From NCBI RefSeq assembly GCF_016433145.1, contig NC_058135.1, forward strand, positions 226,906,238 to 226,970,094: 63,857 bases of DNA, written 5' to 3'. Source of the stretch: Gracilinanus agilis. Lineage: Eukaryota. A program made the translations under genes and the position numbers. The notes under the pieces were generated by a model. It was not told where the DNA came from. It saw only the letters and a program-made list of their open reading frames with translations, and made no database searches. This document shows, one piece after another, positions 1-15,800 of this stretch; the first letter of the stretch is position 1; every line of letters begins with the position of its first letter.

Positions 1-358
1 TGAGAAAAGTTCTACTGTGTCCCCATTTCATAGGATAATTGTTTGGATTTTAGATGGATACTTTTTAAAGATAGTAAAAATGTTGCTCCAATGCCTATAC
101 ATTTTTAAAGTTTTAGCAAAAATGAGTGCTACACCTTTTCAAAAGCATTATCTCATTTATTTTTGGATAATCCAAGGAGTTTCTATTGGCAAAATGGAAT
201 TATTGTAGGTTTTTAAAAAGGGATATGGGTCAGATCTATGCATTATCCAGATGGTACTGGAGCTGTGTGGAAAGAGATGGTAGTCAGAAGAGAAAGTTGG
301 TGTTAGGAAGCTGTTACAACAGTCCAAGTAAGATAAGATGGATTCAAGAAATAGTGTA

Positions 359-560
359 GGGGGTAACTGTAACTAAGTGGCTCCGTGGATTGAGAGCCAA
401 GCCAGAGATGGGAGGACCTGGGTTCAAATGTGGCCTCAGACACCTCCTAGCTGTTCCTCCCTGGGGAAGTCACTTAACCCCCATTACCTAGCCCTTACTG
501 CTCTTCTGCCTTAGAACAATATTGCTTCTAAGATGGAAGATAAGGGTTTGTTTGTTTTAA
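359..560 (+). mobile_element. Older marsupial core-SINE inside L2-like sequence
   Basis: gtggattgagagcc...ctgggttcaaatgtggcctcagacac...aagtcacttaaccccc. Confidence 0.75.
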
Positions 561-1476
561 AGAGAGATCATGTGGAGGTAGGATTGACCAAACATGGCAA
601 TGGATTGGGAGTTGAGGTGAGGGAAAGAGCCAGAGAACTCATAATTCAGAAGTGTGGGTAACTGGAGAGATGGCAGTGCCACTTAGGGGGAGGGAAATTA
701 GGAAGCGGGTCAGGGGAAGAAGAATTTGGTTTAGGATATACTGAGCTTAGGCCGGTAAGAAAGGAAGCAAACTCTTCGATCTCATTCATTGGAAGCTGAT
801 CCAAGCTGGGGCTAGCGAAGGGGTAGTTGGGCCATTTAGGGCCTTGCCTGCCACTAGTTCCATCCCCCAAAGTGTTCTGGCTCTGCCTGGCCTCAGCCTC
901 ACATTCTTGGTTTTCCTTCTTGGCGATAAGCCCTGGGCCTGGCTTTGGACCAAGAAGAGAGGTCAGCCGGATTAGCTGATCTGCTTGGGCCTGACCAGGG
1001 TTGGCCTTTCCAGTCCCATCAGCCTGGCTATGGTCCAGATCACACAGTTTCATCCTTGGCCAACATCAGAACTCTGGTCTTGACACCCCCAGCCTCCCCG
1101 AGAGTCTTGATGCAGCCACCCCCAACCTTTTAGCTGACTTAAGATTCTTGGTTCCCATCCTGCCTTCTGGTCCTATCATCCTAGGACAAGAATCCTGTCC
1201 TAAATCTTCAGATATATCCTTCCCCTCCACCTATTCCTAGGCCTTCAGACCCAACCTGGAGTTATGAGGCTCTGTCTGATGTCTTAACTGGGGAAGGGGG
1301 GAATGTTGATCATTTAGCTGCTGGGGACTTCTCTAAACCAAGGAGAGTAGGACAGGAGATGAGAGGGCCCTCTAAGCCACTGGGGAAAATTTCTCCGGTT
1401 CCTGCCCTCCACTGATCCTCTACCTGGTTCTAGGCCCCAGGCTTATCCTTACCCCAGTATTCTCTTGTCCTCACAG

Positions 1477-1542
1477 ACGGTTGAGGAAACGGGCAGCCAA
1501 GGCCTCTGCCCAACGCCGTGGGTCTCGTGGGTCTCGTGGCAG
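1477..1542 (+). CDS. LOXL3: Candidate in-frame LOXL3 cassette micro-exon A (66 nt, phase 2-2), polybasic
   Basis: Acceptor tattctcttgtcctcacag, donor ag/gtaaca. Reads (R)RLRKRAAKASAQRRGSRGSRG(R) in the phase required by exon 5050. Confidence 0.65.
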
Positions 1543-2132
1543 GTAACAGGGCAGGAGGGGGTTGACCTCTGGCTGAATCCAGGGGCCTCCTGATCCTCCC
1601 TGTGGCTCCAGGACCTGGAAGGACACTGTCCTTTCCAGATCCCAAGCTAGTGAATCGGGGTGTGGCCAAGCAGGGTCAAACATGGGGACAAGTGGAAGAT
1701 GCACTTCCTTCTGCTCCCCTCAACACCCCAGGGCTGAGCCCACCAGCCTCGATTCACATTTGTTCCCCTCCACAACCCCCTTTTCCTCCCTTCCCCTTCA
1801 CTTCTTTCCCATGGCTCTGCCTAGATTCAACCAACCTCTCCCCGACTCCTTCCTCTTCCCTGCTATGATCAGGTGTCTCCGGTGGGGCAGCATGGGCCCC
1901 TGGAGCCCCGTTCAAAGTGGCCATGGAGGAGTCAGTGTGGACAATGTTCCCCAACTACCTGACTCTGGTCTCCCTGTCTCCCCTTCCTTCCTCTCCCTCT
2001 GGATCCCATCCCTTAGCCCTGTCTCTTTCTGTAGAACAGAACAGAAAAGACAAGGCATCTCATGGTCCCTGCCCCTTCCTGACCCCCTCCACTTGTTTCC
2101 TACCTTCCTCCATGCCTGTCTCCTTTTTCCAG

Positions 2133-2192
2133 GCCAGTCACCAAGCTTAAAGCCCAACATAAACCCCGTGCAGGCAAGGGGCCCGCCAAGAG
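2133..2192 (+). CDS. LOXL3: Candidate in-frame LOXL3 cassette micro-exon B (60 nt, phase 2-2), basic
   Basis: Acceptor tgtctcctttttccag, donor ag/gtaaat. Reads (R)PVTKLKAQHKPRAGKGPAK(R) with no stop. Confidence 0.5.
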
Positions 2193-5049
2193 GTAAATAA
2201 AGAACCAGATGATTAAAGGGAGACATAGTGACTGAGAGCCCTCTGGTCTGAGCAGGGGACCAGAGGGACCTACCTGTTTGGGGGCAGGAGGAAAGAGGGA
2301 GGGCTTTAGAGGCCAGGGGCTCTGGTGAGTCTAGTTGTACGTTGTTTCTTTCTACCCCCTTCCCCAGCTTATGTTTGCCCAAGTGGGCAGTGAATCTGTC
2401 CTTCATTGTAGATTCTTTCCACTCACCTGGTATGGAGGTGAAATTCAGCATACCTTCTTAAACTCTTCTATTAGAAAGGGCCACGTCAGCCATCCCTCAG
2501 CTTTCTAATGCAGGGGCATTTATAACAAGCTGTGACTTGGTCCTCTCTTCAAGTTACTTAGAGCTCTAGGGCTGTGATAGTAGGCATCTCCTGATGCCTG
2601 TCTTCTTAGGCCTAAAAATAACAATTCCACTCCCATTTATACAAAAAACATTCACTGTGTTAAACACTTCTGTGCAGTAGTTGGTAAAACAGAGATGATT
2701 CCCATTTTAAAGAGAGAAAACCAAGCCTCAGCAGGGAAGGGATTTGCCTGTGATCATAGAAGTAGTGTTAGAGCAGACTTCAATTTAGGTCTCCTGAATG
2801 CAAGTCCAGAGTTTATCCCTCTGCACCACAGTGCACCTCGTCCTACCTCCCCACCCCAGAACAAACGCTTCTACCTCCTTCGTGGCTTCAAAAGACAACT
2901 GGGTTTGGGAATCTCTCTGCTTGGCCAGCAAAGACCAAGGGAAGAAGTCATTATTCTCTTCTCTTCCCATCTTTCCACTCTCCACAACTTGAGCCTCAGG
3001 GATCACAAAATGATTCTCCAGCATGTCTCACGCCAATGGTTGGGAGGTCTCTGGAAGCTCTGCTCCAAGTGTCTTTTTGATGCCTGCATTATTCTCAATG
3101 AGCCCCAGACCTCCCCCAAAGAGCTCCTCTCTCCACTCTGAGATAAGACCATTTCCACTTCTAGGACCCCTGACATCGCCTGGTCCTTGGGGTCCTTGGC
3201 ACCCTTTATTCTGAGCTTCTCGTATGAGGTGTTCTCATTTCCCCCTCCAGTTTGCACTTATCCTCATACCCATCTTCACAGGCAGTCTCAGCCCTGCCCT
3301 ATCTAATACTGAGCAACTACAAGATGAAGTTTTCCCTGCTTTTCCCCAAGCATGAACCTGCCTTCTTAGCCCAGGTCCTGCCTGGTTCCCTCCTCTATGG
3401 CCTTAGGACCTATTGTTCGAGGGAGCAAACACATCTCTCTTGTCCACCCATCAACCCTTATGTGCTTATGCTTCGAATGAACTAAGTCCCACAGCTATTC
3501 CTGGCTCCCTCAAACAACTCCAGCTCCATCCCATGTGGCTGTCTGGCCAAAGTTTCCATTTTATGGGGGCTTTCTCTCATTGTTTTCACTTGAGATGCAT
3601 GGAGTAACCCCTCCTGAGACTCCATTGCAAGTCTCCAGTCCGGCACGTCTTTTTGCCCTAACTTCCCATCATCCTCCCTCTTCCCTGATCCTCTCAGGGT
3701 CTCAGCTCCCTTCCTCTCTCCCTGCCACACCCATCTGCTGCCTGGACCATCTCTCCAGTACTGACTCATCTTGATCCATCCCACATCCTGCTATCCTGTG
3801 TCTCCTTCCCAAGTCCAGTAGTCCCACCTCTCTGTCCTGGAACAGTCAGGAAAACTGCTCTCCCCACCCCTCCCATCATTATCTAGAGCATTTCATGGCA
3901 AAAACAAATATAGTATTCACTGGCATTTATGTAATGCCTCAAGGTGTGCAAAGTGCTTTGTCATCTCCTTTGTTATTCTCAACAACCCACTGAGGCGAGT
4001 ACCTTGGGTATAATTATCAGCCTCGTTAATGGAGAAGACCAGCCCAGAAAGGTTAAGCCCTTGCTCAGAAGTGGCAGAATTTGAATCCAAGTGTCTCATG
4101 GCTTCAAGTCCATTTCTCTTTCCCAAACCATAGCTACTTTGCCTGTTAAAGCGTAAACCTATTTTCCAGCCATTACAGTAGGGCCCCCTTAATCTGAGGT
4201 TTCACTTTCCAGGTTTCAGTGTTTTTTTTCTGCTTTCATTTTCACTTTTTTGAAGGTGTTTCGGGGGGGCAGCTAAGGGGCAGAAGCAGGGAGAGGGCAC
4301 ACATATATAGGGTCAGCAGGTGTCCCCTTCTATTATCCGAGGTTTCAGCCATCCACTGTAGGTCCTGGAACACAATCCCTGCAGATACAGGAGCCATATT
4401 GTATTTCACTTTATTCCCACAATCAGCCAATGAAAGAAGTCCTATGAGTAAGTGCTATTTTATAGCTAAAGGAAATAGGATCAGAGAGGTTTGGCCCTGG
4501 TCACATACCTATTATGCATCAGAGGCAGGATTCAAATCCAGGTCTTTCCTGACAATGCTCTTTCATACTATGCCATCCATCACTTTCTGCTTCTCCGTTG
4601 CTTATTCCTGCCCTAGTGTGGATGCAGAAGCATTTATGTCTACACTCTGGCTGAATGGGCCTCCTGTTTAAGCCAAGGCATGCATTACGTCCTGGCCACC
4701 CCAGCCACATTGGGCTCCCTTGGTCCCACAGTCTATGGCTCTTTCTACTCATCAGCTTCGGTCCTTCTCAGAGCCAGCCTCAGCGGGGGCTGATGGAGGT
4801 AGGGTCAAGGTCACAATGAGCTATCCTTCCTTTGTCTGGAAGGCTCCCTCCATTTCTTTAGTCCAAATTCCTCCTTTCTTTTGGAAACATCCATTGTCTC
4901 TTGCATCTCCTGAGACTCTTTAGTGTTGCTTCTCTTTGAGAATGGGGTGGGAAATTGTGGAAAAGGATGGGAAGGGAATGGAACTGAGGAAATGGGGGAG
5001 GAAGAGGCTAGAGTTTCGGGACTCATCCTCCTCCTCCCCCTGTCCCCAG

Positions 5050-7873
5050 GCTGCTGGCCCAGCGCCAACGTCACTCCTTTGGCCTGCATGGAGTGGCATG
5101 TCTGGGCACTGAGGCTCACCTCTCCCTCTGCCCCCTGGAATTCTATCGTGGCAATGACACTGCCCGGTGCCCAGGTGGGGCACCCGCCGTGGTGAGCTGT
5201 GTGCCAGGCCCTCTCTATGCCACACCGAGTGGCCAGAGAAAGAAGCAGTCATCACAACCTCAGGGAGAGGTGTGTGTGACCCAAGCAGAAGGAGGTCCCC
5301 CCATCCCCATCCCCTGACCAACCCAACCCACCTTACCACAAGGGATCAGTGGGACCCTGACAGTGACCCTCTAGGATAGACAGCAATCCCCTAGGGCTGG
5401 TAAACCCTTGATACTCTCCACCCCTTACCCCAAACAATGCCTACTTTCCTAGTCTATCCCTGTTAATACTCTCCTCCATCTCGTGTCTCTCTTCAGCCCC
5501 GGCTTCGTCTGAAAGGTGGAGCACGGCCGAGTGAGGGCCGGGTAGAGGTCTTGAGGGGTGGTGAATGGGGCACAGTCTGTGACCACAAGTGGGACCTCCA
5601 GTCGGCCAGTGTTCTGTGCCGGGAATTGGGCTTTGGCAGTGCCCGTGAGGCCCTAAGCGGTGCCCGAATGGGACAGGGTAAGCTAGAAGGGCAGGGGGCA
5701 GAGAGCAGTACTTGATAGGGTGGAGGGAGGGGGTACCATAGGGCACTGGGAAATTATTGGGCAGACACTGCAGGGACATGTGGTTCTCTTTAGCCCCTTG
5801 ACCTCTGTCCCCTAACCAGGTATGGGCCCTGTCCACCTGAGTGAGGTGCGATGCTCAGGTCGGGAAGCTTCCCTCTGGAGCTGCCCCTATAAGAACATCA
5901 CTGCTGAGGACTGTTCCCATGCCCAGGATGCTGCTGTCCGCTGCAACGTGCCCTACACTGGGGTCGAGACGATGGTCAGCTTTGTTCTGAGGCTTAATCA
6001 ATAGCTCAGCTCCTTTTGCTGCTTCTTTCCCAGCCTCCCCCCTTCCCTATCTTCTATCCCCCAATCCCTCCTCTCTAACCCCCCTCAGTTTGGCCCCATT
6101 CAGCCTCACCTTTACTCCCTGCAGATTCGGCTAAGTGGGGGCCGTAGCCGTTATGAGGGTCGAGTGGAGGTGCAGGTAGGGGGGCCAGGCTCCCCTCGCT
6201 GGGGCCTTATCTGTGGGGATGACTGGGGAACACTGGAAGCCATGGTGGCCTGTCGGCAACTTGGCCTGGGCTACGCCAACCACGGCCTGCAGGTGAGTAT
6301 GAAGGACAAGGGGAAAAGTAAGGTTCCCCCCCCCTTGTTTTCCTGGGCTCTCATGTGTCCACACATCCGTGTTTCCAGGAGACATGGTACTGGGACTCCG
6401 GGAATGTCACTGATTTGGTACTGAGCGGAGTTCGCTGTACAGGTTCTGAGCTATCCCTAGGAGAGTGTGCCCACCATGGCACCCACATCACCTGCAAGAG
6501 GACGGGCACACGCTTTGCTGCTGGTGTCATCTGTTCTGAGAGTGAGGGGAAATGGGTCAGGGAGGGGGGTCCCTGGCCCAATATGAACCTTCTTTTGAGG
6601 TGGAGAGCTGGGGGACCTGCAGCCCCAATGAAAAACCAGCCCCTATTCATACTGGGAGGGGGTGCCCCCTGCTCTCCACACTCACCAAGGTCATCCTTCT
6701 GCCTCTGCCTTTCTAGCTGCATCAGACTTGATCCTACATTCAGCACTGGTGCAAGAGACTGCTTACATTGAGGACCGCCCCCTGCACATGCTGTACTGCG
6801 CAGCCGAGGAAAACTGTCTGGCCCGCTCTGCCCGGTCAGCCAACTGGCCCTACGGCCACCGGCGACTACTGCGCTTCTCTTCTCAGATCCATAACCTTGG
6901 CCGAGCGGACTTCAGGCCCAAAGCTGGGCGGCACTCCTGGGTGTGGCATGAATGCCATGGGTGAGGAAGGGGGATCTTGGCTCAGGAGAGGGAGAGAAGG
7001 CTGCAGAGCCCTTCCCAGGAGTGGCAGGTCCAGGCCTGTAGGAACCCTGTGTACCCACCCCCCACAGGCACTACCACAGCATGGACATCTTTACTCACTA
7101 TGACATCCTGACACCTAATGGCACCAAGGTGGCTGAGGGTCACAAGGCCAGTTTCTGTCTGGAAGACACTGAATGTTACGAGGGTGAGTCAAAGCCTGGA
7201 AGGGGCTCCCCATCCACCACTAGAATCTAACCCGACCCCAGAGGTCCTTCCCTATCTTGGGTCTCAGAGGCCCTGCCCAGGCCTGGGACTCGTGGCAGCC
7301 TCCTAGGCTGCTCCATCCTCTCAACTCCCCATCCCCCTCAGATGTCTCCAAGCGGTATGAGTGTGCCAACTTTGGGGAACAGGGCATCACTGTGGGCTGC
7401 TGGGACCTTTACCGGCATGACATTGACTGCCAGTGGATTGACATCACAGATGTGAAACCAGGAAACTATATCCTGCAGGTGAGGGCAACAGTGAAGGGCA
7501 TCTGGGCTCTCTAGACCAGGGGAGGGTGAAGGGAATTGACCCCTAATCCTTCTCCACATCAGGTGGTCATTAACCCCAACTATGAAGTGGCTGAGAGCGA
7601 CTTCACCAACAACGCAATGAAATGTAACTGCAAATATGACGGCCATCGCATCTGGGTGCACAACTGCCACATTGGTATCAGGGCTGGCTGGGCCCCCACC
7701 TCCACCCCTCCACCCCCGCCCCAACCCTCCAGCTCAGTCTACCCTCTAGCTCAGCCCTGCTGGGGCCAGGGCCTAACCCCATGGCTATCTCCCCTACAGG
7801 TGATGCTTTCAGTGAAGAGGCTAACAGGAGATTTGAACGGTACCCTGGCCAGGCCAACAACCAAATTATATAA
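5050..7873 (+). CDS. LOXL3: Lysyl oxidase-like 3, 3' part (second half of SRCR2, SRCR3, SRCR4, catalytic domain); 5' exons are upstream of the window
   Basis: GT-AG exons 5050-5269, 5497-5677, 5820-5974, 6125-6292, 6379-6541, 6717-6960, 7068-7183, 7342-7478, 7563-7674, 7800-7873 (TAA). They join in frame: [27 protein letters not shown]..., copper-binding [19 protein letters not shown] and CWDLYRHD (LTQ Lys/Tyr), C-terminus [14 protein letters not shown]. Confidence 0.97.
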
Positions 7874-8379
7874 GGCCCCCGGTCCATCTACTGCCTCAAT
7901 CCTTGGACCTCCCCACCCTCAGGGCACTACTGGAGTCAGACCTTGGCTTCAGCCAAACAGTTTGGCTCCTGGTCTAGGAAGGCGGATTCCCCAGCCTACC
8001 ACAACTGGACTGGAGCAGAGAGAGGAGCTCCTCACCATGCACATCAACATCCTGGGGACACGGTCAATACCTCCAGGCTTTTGGTTTTGGGAAGGAATCC
8101 ATTCCATTCCCCTCACTTTTGGCTACAACATGTCACTAGTTAACATTTTATTTTATTTTAATTTTATTTTATATAAAATGTTTCTCCTGTTTCTTTGGGG
8201 TGTGTAGGGGGGGAGGGCCTGCCCTCCCCTGGCTCATTTCCCACCTTATTCCCCTCCCAAGCTATTCCAGCTTCAAGGAAGAGGGGGTCTAGAGACAGGG
8301 CAGGGGCTATACCCTCCCTTTTCCCTCCACTGGGACAAGCAAGATCATGGAAGTTCTTAGGCCCTTCAGTATGTCCTGG

Positions 8380-11572
<3,193 letters not shown>

Positions 11573-11941
11573 AGCTCACAGCCGGCCCTGGGCCCGACCC
11601 CAGAGGCGGTGCCCCAAGAGCCGACCCGGCTTAGGAGGAGAGACCGAAGCTCAGGTCGCGGGACACGTTGGGTGCTGTAGTTCTGGAGCCCGGGGTGGGC
11701 GGGGCCCTGTGGTGCATGCCGGGATACGTAGTCCCCCAGTCGGCTTTCTACGTTCCGAGACCCACAATCCTGTGCGGGGCCCCACGCGCGGGGCGTGTTG
11801 GGAGTTCTGGGCCCACCAGCCCGGAGGGCTGGCGCCCAAAGGCCGGCCCTATCCTTCCCAGGAGCCCGTGCGGCCGGCCAGGGACGAACATGGCGACGGG
11901 GTCTGGGAGACCCTAAAGCGGCTGCTGCGGCGGCGGCGGCG
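11573..11941. promoter_or_regulatory. Bidirectional CpG-island promoter shared by HTRA2 and AUP1
   Basis: 369 bp between divergent ATGs (11572 minus, 11942 plus). CpG-rich, with a TGTAGTT (ACTACA-type) motif at ~11686-11692. Confidence 0.8.
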
Positions 11942-14835
11942 ATGGAGCCTTCGCCGGCCCCGGGCCCGGAGCGGCTCTTTGATTCCCATCGGTGAGAAGG
12001 CCGCCCCGGCCCTCCCTGCCTGCCTCCCTCCCCGCCCCGAGCCCCGGTCCCTCCCCAGCCCCCAGTCCGGCCCGGGCCCGCGGGCCGCTGACGGCCGCTG
12101 CCTTCCCTCCTCCCCTGCCCCGCGGGGCCCAGGCTCCCCAGTGACGGCTTCCTGCTGCTCGCTCTGCTCCTCTACGCGCCCGTCGGGCTCTGCCTCCTGG
12201 TGCTCCGCCTCTTCCTCGGGCTCCATGTGTTCCTCGTCAGCTGCGCGCTGCCAGACAGCGTCCTCCGCAGGTACCGGCCCGGTCCGGCCCAGCCCGGCCC
12301 GGCCTGGGGGGCAGGGACAGGGGCGGCCCTCCCCGCGGCGGGGTCACACACCACGTCCCGTGTCCCCCAGGTTCGTGGTCCGGGCCATGTGTGCGGTGCT
12401 GGGGTTTGTGGTCCGACAAGAGGCTCCCCGGCTCCGCGATCCCAGCGTCAGGGTCTTTATTTCCAATCACGTGACACCTTTTGACCACAACATGGTCAAC
12501 CTCCTCACCAGCTGTAGCACCGTGAGTGTGTGTTGAAGGGGGGAGGGACCCTAATCCACTCGGCCTTCAGGGGTCCTCCAGCCCTTCCCGATGAGCTTCC
12601 TCTCCTCCCAGGGCCACTCCGAGCCCAACAATCCTTTTTCTTCCTCTCTACCCCTTCCCCTTATTTCTGGTGCCACTCCCTTGTCCCTCCCTCCCAGCCT
12701 CTGATCAACAGCCCCCCTGGCTTCGTGTGCTGGTCTCGAGGCTTTGTGGAGCTGGATGGCAGTGGGGAATTGGTGGAGTCGCTGAAAAGATTCTGCTCTT
12801 CGAGGGGAAATCCACCTACCCCCTTGTTGCTGTTCCCAGAAGAGGAGGCAACCAATGGCCGAGAGGGACTCATGCGTTTTAGGTAAATGGTTAAGAGGAA
12901 CAAGGGTAGGCAAAGCAGACAACAGGCTCAAGAGCCAGTAAACTTTTGTATTGAGGTAACCTAGGAGATGCCAGGGATAGTGGGGGCCTTCCTTTCCCTG
13001 CTATTTCCTGGCTTCCTGGAAAGTAGGTCTCTCATTTTTCTACCTGTCATTTTTTTTTTCTTGATGTTTCCCACTTTCTTTCCCATGGTTTCCTTCCTTT
13101 TAGTGATTTGTTCAGTTTCCTAAGGGGTTCTAAGTACAATTTCTGACAACCCAACCAACCATCATAATTGACTCTTGATTCTGTGATTTTTGTTCCCTTC
13201 TGCAGCTCTTGGCCATTTTCTATCCAAGATATGGTTCAACCACTTGCCCTTCAGGTCCAGAGGCCCTTGGTCTCTGTGGTGAGTGTATGACTAGGGAAGG
13301 TTTGAGTTTGTTTTCTTGGGGTTGGGAGCAAGGGGGTCTCCTTATCGGAGCCTTTAGCTCTCAACATTTGCATTTCCTCCCTTCAGACAGTGTCCGATGC
13401 CTCCTGGGTCTCGGAGCTGCTCTGGTCACTTTTCGTCCCCTTCACTGTGTATCAAGTAAGGTACTAACTTTTTCTTAGTTTCTGGGGAAAAGAGGGAGGT
13501 CAACTCGTAAACTCTGACTTCCTTAACACTCTTCCCCATACATGTGCTCCTACTCCAAACCCAAGGGGATATGGATTGTGGAAGAGTCAGGGAGGTATTT
13601 GCTTTTATGAGATTTCCTCCAACTTTGTTTTAATTCTCTTTTGCAGATGGCTTCGTCCTGCCCATCGACAGCCAGGAGAAGGGGGTGAGGCATTTGCCCT
13701 CCGTGTCCAACAGGTAACGGAAATTGGGGGAGTTAGGGCAGGAGGCGTAGGCATAGTGTTTTGTGGGGGCCTACAGACTCTGAACCTTGGCCTCACCTTC
13801 CAATTGTCCTCAGTTGGTGGCCAGGGAACTGGGCCAGAGAGGGACTCGGCTCACGCCTGCAGATAAAGCAGAACACATGAAGCGGCAGCGACACCCAGCA
13901 ACATATCTCCCCCAGTCAGGTATGTCATCTCCCTAAAGGTTCTCTTTCTACTTAGGTCACCTCATCACATCTCCCATTTCTTTCTTGCAGCTCGATCTTC
14001 TACCCCTTCTTCGTCTGGCCTCACTTCTGACAGGCAGCTGGCAGATCTTTCACAAAGAGTCAAAGAGGTTTTACCCCATGTCCCAATTGGCGTCATCCAG
14101 AGAGACCTGGGTATGGGGAATGGGAAAGACAATTCCAGAGAGACTGGGGTTATGGGATGGGGGAGAACTCCAGACACATTCTCACCTAGAGAATCAGGAG
14201 GAGGAAATATGGGCTGGGGGAAGAAGCCCAAGTAGTAGCAGGGGAGGGGAGAAACCCTCATTCTCCTCTCTTCTGCAGCCCGAACTGGCTGTGTAGACAC
14301 AACTATCACTAATCTGCTGGAGGGAGCTGTAGCCTTTGTGCCAGAGGAAATTGCTGAGGGGTCTCAGACCCTTCCACCTTCTGGGCCCCTTCCCACAACT
14401 TCTGTCTCCAAGGTGAGACCCAGGAAGTCATGGGGGGGAGGGGTGCAAGTCTTAGGCTGGAGGGTAGGGCTTGGGGTACTCCCAAGATGAAACCTTCAGT
14501 TCCCCAGCATCTTTTGTAAGTTAGGTGCTCAATAAATACTCGATAACATCTCAACCCTGTGACCCCTAGTCCCCCGGCTCTGACCCCGTGACCCCTCAGC
14601 CTGCAGCTCTGTTTGCCAAGTCTTCCTGGGCCCGTCAGGAGAGCCTGCAAGAGAGGAAGCAGGCACTATATGAATACGCCCGAAGGTGAGGTTGGAAGGA
14701 GCCTGGGGAATGTGGGGGGAGTAAGAGGGTCAGAAAAATCACACAGTAGACCCATGTATGGGCCAAATTTCCCAATCTCCCTCCTCCCCATCTTACAGGC
14801 GATACACAGAGAGACGGGCCCAGGAGACTGACTGA
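11942..14835 (+). CDS. AUP1: AUP1 lipid droplet-regulating VLDL assembly factor (acyltransferase-like, CUE, G2BR)
   Basis: Exons 11942-11991, 12133-12270, 12371-12521, 12698-12882, 13206-13278, 13387-13460, 13647-13713, 13814-13919, 13991-14110, 14279-14412, 14570-14685, 14799-14835 (TGA). Motifs: MEPSPAPGPERLFDSHR, ISNHVTPFDH, LLLFPEEEATNGREG, ARTGCVDTTITNLLEG, RQESLQERKQALYEYARRR. ATTAAA at 14953-14958. Confidence 0.96.
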
Positions 14836-15199
14836 GCCCAAAGGAGATGGAGCAAGCCAGGGCCGCAGGACGGAAGCCAGGGGGCAGGCCCCCACACACA
14901 GGCCGGATGGGTGGGTCGTGTGAAGGGAGGGAAGGGGGCTCCCCAACTTCCCATTAAATTCAGGGTTTTCACTCAAGACAGCCTCATTTCCTATCTGGGC
15001 TTCTGGAGTCCTTAGGGTAAAATCATGCTCCTCCTCCCCCTTTATTAATTCTAGGGTATTGACTATATTGGGGAATTGGGGGAGGGAGAGGGTCCTTGGA
15101 ATTTATCCGATTTTCCGAAGAGATGGAAGCAAGTTGTCGAGGAAAGTAAAACCGGATTAAAGGCTTAATAGCCCTTGACAAATGGGGCCAAATTTGGTT

Positions 15200-15800
15200 T
15201 TTAACCTCTGCCAAGCGGAAGCACAGAACCTCCTGTCTCTGAACTACAAATCCCAGAATACATTTCACTGATAGGGTCCGGCATGCAAAGCGTTCTGACG
15301 CTGCCGACCTCGCACATGCTCAGTGCGGAGTGGCGGAGCCCTCGTTTCCATGGGTTCCGGGTTCCCAGTCCCCAGCGGGGGTGGGGAGGCGACCACGCCC
15401 CCCACACCGGGCTTCGGGGTGGAGCCGGAATTTACCTTTGTACTGAACGTGAAGGGCGGGGCGGGTTAGGACGACTGGCGCCCGCCGGTTGGGGTAAGGT
15501 CCGCGTCGGAGTGTCGTCTTCTCCAGCTCGCGTCTCCGGTTCCTAGTGCAGGTTTGATTCCATGAGACTGGCTCTGCCATGCTCTCCCGCGCCGCCCCTT
15601 GGCCGCCCCCTATTTCCGAGCCTTCTGCCCGCTGGCCGGCCCGTCTATTTCGGTACCACCTGTCCGGCGAGGGCGAGGCTGAGCATAACCCCGCCCCCGA
15701 GCCCAGGGGTCTCAGGGGCCTGAGCTCTCCAGGCTCCGCCCCAGCTCCCCATCGCCCCTCCTGGAACTTGTCACCTGACTTGTAGCTTAGGGGTTTGCCT
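15200..15800 (+). promoter_or_regulatory. CpG island / probable DQX1 promoter
   Basis: CpG-dense, GC boxes, ACTACAAATCCCAG (ZNF143/THAP11-type motif) at ~15243-15256, upstream of the DQX1 ATG. Confidence 0.6.

Noticed and set aside
646-1053. 135-aa minus-strand ORF in the LOXL3 intron (MKLCDLDHS...MNEIEEFASFLTGLS)
   Set aside because: No recognisable domain or motif. I compared it by eye with bornavirus P/X and found no match, and there are no retroposition hallmarks. Treated as a chance ORF; BLASTp would settle it.
2034-2063. Third possible phase 2-2 LOXL3 micro-exon (RTEQKRQGISW)
   Set aside because: Acceptor is acceptable but the donor (gtccct) is poor.
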